Origin: a virus
Lineage: Duplodnaviria > Caudoviricetes
Virus record (IMG/VR): IMGVR_UViG_3300022602_000025
DNA: 64,000 bases
Strand: one strand, 5' to 3'
The notes beneath the pieces were generated by a model that was not told where the DNA came from, ran no database searches, and saw only the letters and a program-made list of their open reading frames with translations. Numbering within the stretch: the stretch's first letter is position 1; every line of letters starts with the position of its first letter. Positions 46,901-55,365 of the stretch are shown piece after piece. The position numbers and the translations under genes were made by a program.

Positions 46901-49900
46901 ATAGCAGGTCCATTGTTTGTTAACACTGGTTCAATTATGGTTGGTGCCGCTACAACTGCAACTAATATTGCAGGTGGTGGACTACAACAGATTGTATATC
47001 AATCAAGTGCAGGTCAAACTGGCTTTATTGGTCCAGCAACCGCAGGTAACATTTTAGTTTCAGCAGGTACATTAGGACCTCCTGTGTTTACAAACACAGG
47101 TACATTCCAGGTTGGTTACTCACAGTACACTAACTATGTACTAGGCGGAACAGCAGGTCAACTAATATATCAAAGTTCACCTAACGTAACAGCATTTATT
47201 GGCCCAGGAACATTAGGTCAACTATTAGTATCTGCTGGTACAAGCGCACCTAACTATCAAAATACAAATACATTCCGTGTAGGATTTGCTGATACATCAA
47301 CTAACCTTGCTGGCGGTGTAGGTGGTGCGATACCTTATCAATCAGCTGTTGGCGCAACAACATTCTTGAACATTGGTACTAACGGATATGTATTAACCAG
47401 CAATGGTTCAACTCCGACATGGCAAGCACTAAGTGGCTTAGCATCAGGTAGTGCAACTAGCGCAACAAATATTTCAGGCGGTTCAACTGGACAAGTTCCA
47501 TTCCAGACAGGCGCAGGTTCAACTAACTTCTTTGGCCCAGGCACAGCAGGACAGCTATTAATAAGCCAAGGTGCAAGCACATTAGGTCCAGTATTCACAA
47601 GCACATCAACAATTTTAGTTGGTGCAGCTGTAACAGCAACTAATATTTCTAGCGGTACTAATGGTCAACTAGTTTATCAAATCAGCACAGGTACTACAGG
47701 ATTTGTAGGCCCTGGCGCACAAGGACAACTACTAGTCAGCAATGGCGCACTAGGCCCAGTCTACACCAATACTTCAAGTATTATGGTGCAGAATGCTACA
47801 CTGGCAACAAACATCATCGGTGGTAATGCAGGTGCGATACTGTATCAAAATGCAACTAACGCAACTACATCATTACCATTAGGTACATTAAATTATGTGT
47901 TGACCGCAGGATCATCTGCACCACAATGGACAGCGATTGGTACATTAACAGCAGGTCAAGCAAGCACAGCGTCTAACATAGCAGGTGGCGGTAACAACCA
48001 ACTGATCTACCAAGTAAGTTCTGGTGTAACTAGTTTCGTAACTTCAGGTACAGCAGGACAGCTATTAATTTCAGCAGGCGGAGCAAGTTCTCCTACATGG
48101 GCAGGTCCTGGTACAACAGGACAACTACTGGTATCACAAGGTACAAGTGCTCCATTATATACAACAACATCTAGCATATTTGTTGGTTACGCAAATACAT
48201 CAAACGTTTCTACAAATATTGCAGGTGGTACAGCAGGTGCATTGGTTGTTCAAACAGGTACAGGTCAGACAACATTTGTTCCAATTGGTCTAGCAGGACA
48301 AGTTCTTGCTGTTAATCCAGGTGCAACAGCACCAATATGGCAATACCTAAGTGGTTTATCAGCAGGTTATGCTACAACAGCCACTAACTTAGCTAACGGT
48401 GCCGCTGGACAGATTCCATGGCAATCAGCCGTTGGTTTAACTAGCTTTACCTCAGCAGGTACCACAGGACAATTATTATACAGTAACGGTACGAGCGCAC
48501 CAAGTTGGGTTCCAACAAGCACAGCAGGTAACGTATTAACTAGCCAAGGTGCTGCGGCTCCTGCATATCAAAATACAATGACCTTATCAGGATCAGTAGT
48601 AAGTACTAGCCCATTAACTGGTGTACTAACTATTCCTAACGGTGGTTTAGGTGTTGGCGGTGCAATTACTCTTAACGGTAACTTACAGTTCTATACAGCA
48701 GGTGTGATCCAAACACAGGGCGCAACTGCTATCAATATTGACACAAGTCAACGTACAGGTTTTGGTACAGCAAGTCCGACAGAAAAAGTTGTAGTTACTG
48801 GATCAGGTAATAACCTATTAGTTGGTAGTAACTCTGCAGGTACACCAGGTGCATGGAGAGTAACAACTAGCAACTCAGGTGGCTCAGTAAGTCCAGTTTC
48901 AGTAAGAAATGAATTTGGTACTGATGGTACAGGTTGGCAATGGCGCTTGGCTAAAAACCAAGGCGGCACAATTACTGATTACATCACTGTACAAGATAAC
49001 GGTACTATTGGTTTATTCACAACTAGCCCTTCATACAACTTAGACCTTACAGGTAGTGCTCGTATTACAGGTAACTTAACTGTACAAGGTACGATTAACG
49101 CAAGTATTACTGGACAATCAACAACAGCTACTAACTTAGCAGGCGGTACAGCAGGACAGCTAGTATGGCAATCTGCAAGCGGCGTAACAGCATTTGCAGG
49201 CCCAGGTACAGCAGGTCAAGTATTATTAAGTAACGGTACTAGCGGTCCGGTTTATACAAATACAGCCAGCATCTATGTAAACTCTGCGGTAAACGCACAG
49301 ACAATTATTGGTGGCGCTGCAAACCAGATAAATTATCAAACAGGTGCAGGTGCAACATCATTTATCACAGCACCTACAGTAACAGGTACATACTTACAAT
49401 GGAACGGAAGTACATTTGTATGGAACTCTGTTGCAGGTGGATCAAGTACAGCAACTAACGTAGCTGGCGGTACAACTGGTCAGATTCTTTATCAAAGTGC
49501 CGCAGGTACAACAAACTTTGCAGGCCCAGGTACAGCAGGTCAAATACTAGTATCGCAGGGTGCAAGTGCTGCAGGTCCAATATACACTAACACATCAAGC
49601 ATCTATGTTGGTTACTCTGCTTATTCACAAAACGTGTTTGGCGGTACTTCAGGTAACTTAGTATATCAATCAGCAGCCAACACTACAGCATTTGTACCAA
49701 CTGGTGCAAGTGGTACATTATTAACAGGTAACACTGGTGCAGCTCCTAGCTTTGTGTCAACATCAAGCATTTATGTAGGTGCCGCACAGTATTCTAATAA
49801 CTTATTAGCAGGATCAGTAGGACAAGTTCCGTATCAAACATCTGGTAGCCAAACAGGATTCTTTGGTCCAGGTACAGCGGGCCAGTTATTGATGAGCCAA

Positions 49901-50290
49901 GGTGCTACAGCCCCTGCTTATGTAAGTACATCAAACATTTATGTAAACAGTTCTGTATTAGCTGAAACAATACGTAACGGTGCAACTAACCAGATTCTTT
50001 ACCAAAGTGCTGCGAATACCACAGCATTCATGACTGCCCCAACAAACGGCACATGGTTAGAGTACTTCTCAAGTGGTGGATTTACATGGAACACAATTGG
50101 CGCTAGTTTCCACGGGCTATATATTGATACAGACGGCAATTTACAGTACGACGTGTTTAATTCGGCCTCTGGTGCAGTGTCGATAAATATGAAGAACTAT
50201 GCAACTAGCTGGTTCTCACCATCTAATACATCAGCATATCAGATGGTACAAATTTCAAGTACACAGCAGTTACAGATGAACGTGGTTTAA
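43985..50290 (+). CDS. Long tail fibre-like repeat protein
   Basis: 2101 aa; more than 20 ATNIAGG.xGQ.xYQ...GTxGQLL-type repeats. Confidence 0.8.
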   Translation: MALNDKNILITPNSGSSTVDPSIQFVGANTATSATVTVRVYPTNSGTLSVEGSLGQLLSLSNSFTGTFFSVNDISGIPSITVADSGLVQLTPYGGQVTVGGTANSTSTTTGALTVAGGLGIGQNLWVGGNATVVGTLFAAISGSVTTATNIQNGGQGQIPFQVNPGVTSFFGPGVAGQLLVSAGTTSTGPVFTTTSSIFVGYANTSNIATNIAGGLPNQIHYQSSTGTTSFIVAPTISSTYLFWNGTSFSWTNNLPGTTSTFVINNATQSVGTNSGALQIVNGGAGIGGNINVGGSGRVTGNFTVTSTLTAASAFSAALTVGGGIAVGDNMYIANGLNVGGNALITGNLTVNGTATYVYSTNTYFTDNIIELHVPPGGVGSTWSVDDGKDIGLRFHYYGSGADQNGALVLTDSNKYLTWFSTGYENTASDFTGATYGFFKAGALIAANPSNAIGTTGSGALQVAGGAGIGLDLWVGGTIYANNSVVLTAATLGNYGIAQIVAGTDTAVSTATGAVTIWNTSTLQSITNRGATTTNIITIANNSPLNVNSSASGALVVQGGQTILDSLLVGNSVYVKNTVTSIAGFFGNLTGIASTATNLQGGTVGQIPYQSSIGVTNFFGPGTLGQILTSGGAGTPVYVSTGNIYVGYATSATTIMGGTAGALLYQSTFNQTSFLGIGTNGTILTSNGSNPQWTSISGLSAGTANTATNIANGGPGQIPFQLSAGSTSFVGTGTAGQLLMSSGTSGPSFVNTSGIYVGYSNNSINSVNLVGGTAGQLPYQVTPGVTSFTGPGTSGQLLSSNGTSAPTYVTTTTLYVGSALYANQLYGGQAGALVLQTASSQTGFLAAGSTGSILVSVGPNSSPAYTTTANIYVNSAVNSQNLIGGSTGALPYQSAPNTTSFLSIGTNGYVLTSSGTGPTWQSVSGLSAGSASTASNIAGGTTGQIVYQTNTGSTSFAGPGTLGQLLVSQGANIAGPLFVNTGSIMVGAATTATNIAGGGLQQIVYQSSAGQTGFIGPATAGNILVSAGTLGPPVFTNTGTFQVGYSQYTNYVLGGTAGQLIYQSSPNVTAFIGPGTLGQLLVSAGTSAPNYQNTNTFRVGFADTSTNLAGGVGGAIPYQSAVGATTFLNIGTNGYVLTSNGSTPTWQALSGLASGSATSATNISGGSTGQVPFQTGAGSTNFFGPGTAGQLLISQGASTLGPVFTSTSTILVGAAVTATNISSGTNGQLVYQISTGTTGFVGPGAQGQLLVSNGALGPVYTNTSSIMVQNATLATNIIGGNAGAILYQNATNATTSLPLGTLNYVLTAGSSAPQWTAIGTLTAGQASTASNIAGGGNNQLIYQVSSGVTSFVTSGTAGQLLISAGGASSPTWAGPGTTGQLLVSQGTSAPLYTTTSSIFVGYANTSNVSTNIAGGTAGALVVQTGTGQTTFVPIGLAGQVLAVNPGATAPIWQYLSGLSAGYATTATNLANGAAGQIPWQSAVGLTSFTSAGTTGQLLYSNGTSAPSWVPTSTAGNVLTSQGAAAPAYQNTMTLSGSVVSTSPLTGVLTIPNGGLGVGGAITLNGNLQFYTAGVIQTQGATAINIDTSQRTGFGTASPTEKVVVTGSGNNLLVGSNSAGTPGAWRVTTSNSGGSVSPVSVRNEFGTDGTGWQWRLAKNQGGTITDYITVQDNGTIGLFTTSPSYNLDLTGSARITGNLTVQGTINASITGQSTTATNLAGGTAGQLVWQSASGVTAFAGPGTAGQVLLSNGTSGPVYTNTASIYVNSAVNAQTIIGGAANQINYQTGAGATSFITAPTVTGTYLQWNGSTFVWNSVAGGSSTATNVAGGTTGQILYQSAAGTTNFAGPGTAGQILVSQGASAAGPIYTNTSSIYVGYSAYSQNVFGGTSGNLVYQSAANTTAFVPTGASGTLLTGNTGAAPSFVSTSSIYVGAAQYSNNLLAGSVGQVPYQTSGSQTGFFGPGTAGQLLMSQGATAPAYVSTSNIYVNSSVLAETIRNGATNQILYQSAANTTAFMTAPTNGTWLEYFSSGGFTWNTIGASFHGLYIDTDGNLQYDVFNSASGAVSINMKNYATSWFSPSNTSAYQMVQISSTQQLQMNVV

Positions 50291-50302
50291 TTAAGGTAAA
50301 AA

Positions 50303-52474
50303 ATGTCAACAAACTTAGGAAAAGTTCGATACAATTTTAAAGGTCAGTGGGTAAGTACAACAGCTTATTTGGTTAACGATATCGTCAACTACAAGCAACG
50401 TGTTTATCGTTGCATCACAGCAAATACAAACTTAGTTCCTTTATCTTACATTGGTTCTTATTGGGAGCTTAGCCTAGGCACATTTGAAGATCAGGGTTTA
50501 TATAACAATAGTACACAATATTATGTGGGTGATATCGTTACAGTTGATAACTCTCCTACAGTTAACGCAGGTGTCGGTGGTTATACCGGTTCGCCGAGAC
50601 AGTTTGTTTCAACGACTACAGACGGTGCGTACCTATCAAATCCTATCAACGTTTATATCTGTATTGCAAATACCTTAGGAAATGCACCAGCGAACCCTAG
50701 TTCAGGTGGTACAGCATATTGGCAACCAATGAGTATGAGCGGCCAATACGGTAGAAATAATAAAGCATTCGCATGGAACTCAAATAGAGGCTATGTACCT
50801 GCAGGAATTTATACTAACACAGCAAATCAAGGTTGGCCTCCAAACGGTGCTCGTCCGGGGGATAGTTATCAGGACGGCGGATTAGGTCATGCCAAAGATG
50901 GTCAGATCTGTTTCCATGCTAGTTTCATTACTCGTAACGGTGGAGTTATTAAGTGGGGTCGTTCAGATTCAGGAAGCCAAGGTAACGGACAGAACAACTA
51001 TCAGATGTCATTGAGTGAATTAAATTTTGCTTTCAATGAATGGTACGATAATACACTACCTACTCCAGACGGTCTTGCACCTAAGGCAGTACAGTACGAA
51101 GAAGGTTATCAAAACAATCTAGTGTTGTTTAACAACGGCGAAGTTTACGCTTGGGGTTACAATGGTCACGGACAGGGTGGATTTAACTCAACAGCGGCCA
51201 ACCAATATCCAATGCGTGTTGGTAACAATAACAACACAACAATTTTAAGAGGTGTTAAGGCGGTTCGTATCGCTTCAACACACGTCGGCGGCCAAACAGC
51301 TACCGCATGTTCACATTATATTTTAACTTCAAGCGGTACTATATATTCTTGGGGTTACAATGGCTACGGCCAGCTTGGTACAGGTAACACAACAAACTAT
51401 TATGTTCCTACCTTAATTTCAACAGGTGGCCTAAACGGTACTCCTACAGATATTTGGGCATGTGGCGGTGACTACGGCCACTTGTATGTATTAACTAGCA
51501 ACGGATACATGTATGCCTGCGGGTACAACGGTTACGGAGAATTAGGTGTTACCGGTACAACTAACCAATCATTACTAACGTATGTTAACAGAACATGGGG
51601 CACAGGCACTGGTAAGATTAGAAAATTCATAATAGCGGATCGTCAATCAGCCAGTTGGTGTGCTGTATTAGATGCATCAGGATCAATATGGACATGGGGT
51701 TGGAATGGTTATGGGCAATTAGGATTTGATAATACAACAAACTTATCTTCGCCAACACAGATCACATTCCCATTCTCAACAGGTTGGACAAATATTTGGG
51801 CTGGAGCAGGTGCATACCCTAACTTGTGGGCAACAAACTCAAATGCTGCCAATACGACATGGCCAGGATATTCTAACTCAACTAACGCACTTTACTCATG
51901 CGGATACAACGGTTACTATAACCTAGGTCGCTTAGTTACAGTTAACTCAAACTTAACACATGCTAACAACGGTGCATCTGGTTCAGGTGTGCAGTACGAT
52001 ACCTATCGTCTACAACAGGTAAACGTAGAACAACAAAGCGGAACTTCTCCTTACTATCAGATCGTTACTAACGTTTTTAACGTAACTAACTGGGGTAACG
52101 GAGATAATAGCCACCAAGGAACATTGATAGAAACTACTGCTGGCGTAAAATACTACCTAGGATATAACGGTTACGGACATGCGGCATTTGGTCACACTGA
52201 TTCATACCTAGCACGTACACGTGATAGTATTGGTAACGTAGCAAACAACCTAGGTAAACGTTTACGTTATACACCTCCTGGGTTGAACGAACAAGATTTC
52301 TTTATCGTTACTCCTGTAGGTTGGACAAACTATTTTGGTGCTCTATGGGCAGACAAATATGGTTATGTTTACTTTAGTGGTGGCGGAAGCACAGTAGCTT
52401 GGTCAAGTAGTATGGTTGACGTAACTAACCAAACAACTTGGCTAGGAACATTTGGAAAAATACCGGAGTCTTAA
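50303..52474 (+). CDS. RCC1/BLIP-II-like beta-propeller protein with N-terminal CBM5/12-like motif
   Basis: Repeated (Y/W)SWGYNGYGQLG blades; KGQW...Y..NDIV.Y. Confidence 0.85.
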   Translation: MSTNLGKVRYNFKGQWVSTTAYLVNDIVNYKQRVYRCITANTNLVPLSYIGSYWELSLGTFEDQGLYNNSTQYYVGDIVTVDNSPTVNAGVGGYTGSPRQFVSTTTDGAYLSNPINVYICIANTLGNAPANPSSGGTAYWQPMSMSGQYGRNNKAFAWNSNRGYVPAGIYTNTANQGWPPNGARPGDSYQDGGLGHAKDGQICFHASFITRNGGVIKWGRSDSGSQGNGQNNYQMSLSELNFAFNEWYDNTLPTPDGLAPKAVQYEEGYQNNLVLFNNGEVYAWGYNGHGQGGFNSTAANQYPMRVGNNNNTTILRGVKAVRIASTHVGGQTATACSHYILTSSGTIYSWGYNGYGQLGTGNTTNYYVPTLISTGGLNGTPTDIWACGGDYGHLYVLTSNGYMYACGYNGYGELGVTGTTNQSLLTYVNRTWGTGTGKIRKFIIADRQSASWCAVLDASGSIWTWGWNGYGQLGFDNTTNLSSPTQITFPFSTGWTNIWAGAGAYPNLWATNSNAANTTWPGYSNSTNALYSCGYNGYYNLGRLVTVNSNLTHANNGASGSGVQYDTYRLQQVNVEQQSGTSPYYQIVTNVFNVTNWGNGDNSHQGTLIETTAGVKYYLGYNGYGHAAFGHTDSYLARTRDSIGNVANNLGKRLRYTPPGLNEQDFFIVTPVGWTNYFGALWADKYGYVYFSGGGSTVAWSSSMVDVTNQTTWLGTFGKIPES

Positions 52475-52479
52475 AATAA

Positions 52480-54732
52480 ATGGCACAGAATTTAATTAAC
52501 GTTGGGCAGATTATGTTTTACAATGCAGGTACTTATAGTGCCAGCACTGCTTACGCTCGTGATACCGTTGTACAGTACGCTAACCAGACATTTATTTGTG
52601 TGGCTGCGACAGGTACAACTATTACAGGTATCGCACCTTTAAATATTTCAGGTGCTACAGGATACATATTAGGTAACAACACAGGACAGATCAACAAATA
52701 TTATTGGGATCAATTCCAGCCTAACGGTTTAAACTGGAGAGGTGCATGGGCAACAGCAACTGCTTATTTGCCAGGTGACGTAGTAAACTATCGCAATAAT
52801 TCTTATATTTGTCGCCGTGCTCATACATCTAGTTTAAACAACCTAGATCCTTTTTATAACCCATACAATGAATGGGAAGAATTTAGTCACGGCGATGTAC
52901 AGCGTTCTACTAACCGTACAAAAATGTTAATGAAACGCGGTCCTATTGGTTGGAACGGGCATCCTTTTATTCCTAGACCTAACTGGGGCAATTCTGCATA
53001 CGTATGGAATGGAAATATTCCTCGTAATATTTCTTCTACCTTTCAACGTTGGGAATGGGCAAGTTCAGACGGACATTCTAAAACTTGTCGCGTAGCCAAT
53101 CAACTTAGTGTTGGTATGGACGGAAGACTACACGCATCTGGCACCAGCGGTAACTATTCGATGGGACCGAGCGATGTGGCAAGACCAAGTAATCAAGAAA
53201 TAGATCCGTCATGGATGCGTGATTATTGGAACGATCAAAACCCAACACCGGGCACATGGACAACTACATGGCGTAAAGATAATACCGCAGGCCATCCTAC
53301 AGTATTACAGACCTGTCCAGGTTATTACGATATGCTAGTATTGTACAATAACGGTACAGTAGTTAAACATGGTTATGGTGGTATTGGTCAAACATCAGAA
53401 GGTAACTCAAACAACTCAACACGTTATGGTTCTGTACAGATACCATTTCCTCCAGGAACATTCATTGTTAAAATTGCGGTAGGTAACGCAGCAGGGACTG
53501 ACGATAACACTCACTACCTTGCATTAGACTCTGAAGGATTTGTATGGTCGTGGGGACAAAACTATTACGGTCAATTAGGACTAGGTGATGAAGTAACTCA
53601 AGGTAAATCAATCGGTATGTTGAACAACGCAACCTCTGGTGCTACTACTGGTGGTTACTTAGACTATGAAAACGTTGCAAAACGTATTCCTAGATTTGCG
53701 TTTAACGGTTATCGTATTGTGGATATTTTCGCCATGGGACGTTATGCAGGTAGTTCATACGCATTAGACGAAACAGGTGTACTATGGTCATGGGGTTATA
53801 ACGGTTACGGACAGCTAGGTTATCCAACATCAAGCGGTTTCCGTTCTACAGGTAACTCAACAGTACCATTCCAGTTTGGTCGTAGTATTGGTCTAAACTG
53901 GACCTCATACGCAGGTATACAAAAAATACAATGCTGTACAGAAGACGATCCAAACAACGGACAAAGTTCAATATACATCCTAGACGGACAAGGTTACCTA
54001 TGGTGGTGCGGATATAACAACTCATACTCAGTAGGTGACGGTGCTACAACAGCATCAACAGGTACTGGTGGTAACCCGATACGTATTACCAGCTTTGGTA
54101 CAGCAGGCGGTGTAGCAAGTGCTACTATCGCAGGTTTGATTTATAATTTCTGGGTATTAGGTTGGGGTGCCCGTGGTAACACGATATTTGTTATGACAAA
54201 CACTGGTAACGTTTACGGTTGGGGTACTAACAACTATTACGATCTAGGACAAGCAGATACTACTTCAAGAAACTATCCAGTAGTAATTAATGGTATCAAC
54301 AACGTAGCCGTAATGGGTAACGGTGGCCATGGTAACTATAATAGTTCTGCAGCACTTTGCTATATAAACTTTGGCAGTGGTCAAAAGTGGCGTGTCATGA
54401 CAGCAGGATATAACGGATATGGATCACTAGGTATCGGCGAAAATACAAGTAACCAAGGTGCAGGCGGCAACTTAGGCGGTATGTTTATGCGCCCAAGTGG
54501 TTACGGACAGTATTGGTGGCAACCTATGTTATTGCCGGGCGGACTACATAGAGCTAACGAAATCCGTGATGTAATGATGGGCGGTTGGACAAACCAAGAA
54601 TTACTACAGGTATTGTATGAAGATGGTACTCTAATGTGTAATGGTAGTTCTGGTAGCGGTGGTAACTACTATAACATTACACCGCAAAGTATTGACCACC
54701 CAAGTCAAACACAAGTACATAATAGCTTTTAA
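52480..54732 (+). CDS. RCC1/BLIP-II-like beta-propeller protein
   Basis: LALDSEGFVWSWGQNYYGQLG, LWSWGYNGYGQLG; two W/Y..Y..GDVV.Y motifs. Confidence 0.85.
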   Translation: MAQNLINVGQIMFYNAGTYSASTAYARDTVVQYANQTFICVAATGTTITGIAPLNISGATGYILGNNTGQINKYYWDQFQPNGLNWRGAWATATAYLPGDVVNYRNNSYICRRAHTSSLNNLDPFYNPYNEWEEFSHGDVQRSTNRTKMLMKRGPIGWNGHPFIPRPNWGNSAYVWNGNIPRNISSTFQRWEWASSDGHSKTCRVANQLSVGMDGRLHASGTSGNYSMGPSDVARPSNQEIDPSWMRDYWNDQNPTPGTWTTTWRKDNTAGHPTVLQTCPGYYDMLVLYNNGTVVKHGYGGIGQTSEGNSNNSTRYGSVQIPFPPGTFIVKIAVGNAAGTDDNTHYLALDSEGFVWSWGQNYYGQLGLGDEVTQGKSIGMLNNATSGATTGGYLDYENVAKRIPRFAFNGYRIVDIFAMGRYAGSSYALDETGVLWSWGYNGYGQLGYPTSSGFRSTGNSTVPFQFGRSIGLNWTSYAGIQKIQCCTEDDPNNGQSSIYILDGQGYLWWCGYNNSYSVGDGATTASTGTGGNPIRITSFGTAGGVASATIAGLIYNFWVLGWGARGNTIFVMTNTGNVYGWGTNNYYDLGQADTTSRNYPVVINGINNVAVMGNGGHGNYNSSAALCYINFGSGQKWRVMTAGYNGYGSLGIGENTSNQGAGGNLGGMFMRPSGYGQYWWQPMLLPGGLHRANEIRDVMMGGWTNQELLQVLYEDGTLMCNGSSGSGGNYYNITPQSIDHPSQTQVHNSF

Positions 54733-54749
54733 AGAACACAGGAGTAACA

Positions 54750-55352
54750 ATGAGACAAAAATTTACAAGTCCAAGAAAACTGTTTTCAACAGTTGATCAA
54801 GGACATTCGGAAGGATTTGATTTTCCAGGAAGACATTTGCCTGGACCAGAAGCCCCAAGACTAACAGAAGACAAAACATACGACGGTAGAAATTTCTATG
54901 CAGGAGATTTTGATCCAGAATGGCAATATCCAGACGAAGAAAATACATTCTTAGGATCATATAACGGCCGCATATATCACAGCATACGTGGAGATATTTC
55001 TACAGACTTAGCAGATTTAGGGTCCGATCCTACACCCATGGATCCACAAACACACGCTACAGTCGGTCAAGATGTTTATAACTATCTTTCTACATCACCA
55101 TTTTTAATAGATGTATTTGGAGTATATGGTTTGCAAGGAACAGCAGATTCTAGATTGCGTGATATGTTTCCTAATGCGGCTGCGTTAAAATCAGCTATTG
55201 ATAAAAATCCAAATGTTATCACAGAATTCTTTTCACAGGACGCAACTTCTGTAGATGAAGTAATGGCTGCATTAGGTGTGGTGTTAGATAATTCTGCAAC
55301 AACGTCAACTAACACATCAACAACATCAACAAGTGTATCAGGCACAGTATAA
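54750..55352 (+). CDS. Hypothetical protein
   Basis: 200 aa with AGGAG SD; acidic with an S/T-rich tail. Confidence 0.6.
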   Translation: MRQKFTSPRKLFSTVDQGHSEGFDFPGRHLPGPEAPRLTEDKTYDGRNFYAGDFDPEWQYPDEENTFLGSYNGRIYHSIRGDISTDLADLGSDPTPMDPQTHATVGQDVYNYLSTSPFLIDVFGVYGLQGTADSRLRDMFPNAAALKSAIDKNPNVITEFFSQDATSVDEVMAALGVVLDNSATTSTNTSTTSTSVSGTV

Positions 55353-55365
55353 TAAGGGATAAGAT

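Noticed and set aside
8054-49000. Numerous 60-190-aa ORFs antisense to or out of frame within long genes (e.g. 8518..8802, 19836..20150, 34492..34980, 38053..38634)
   Set aside because: Shadow ORFs expected from the Thr/Gly/Val codon bias (ACW/GGT/GTW) of the sense genes; no SDs or domains
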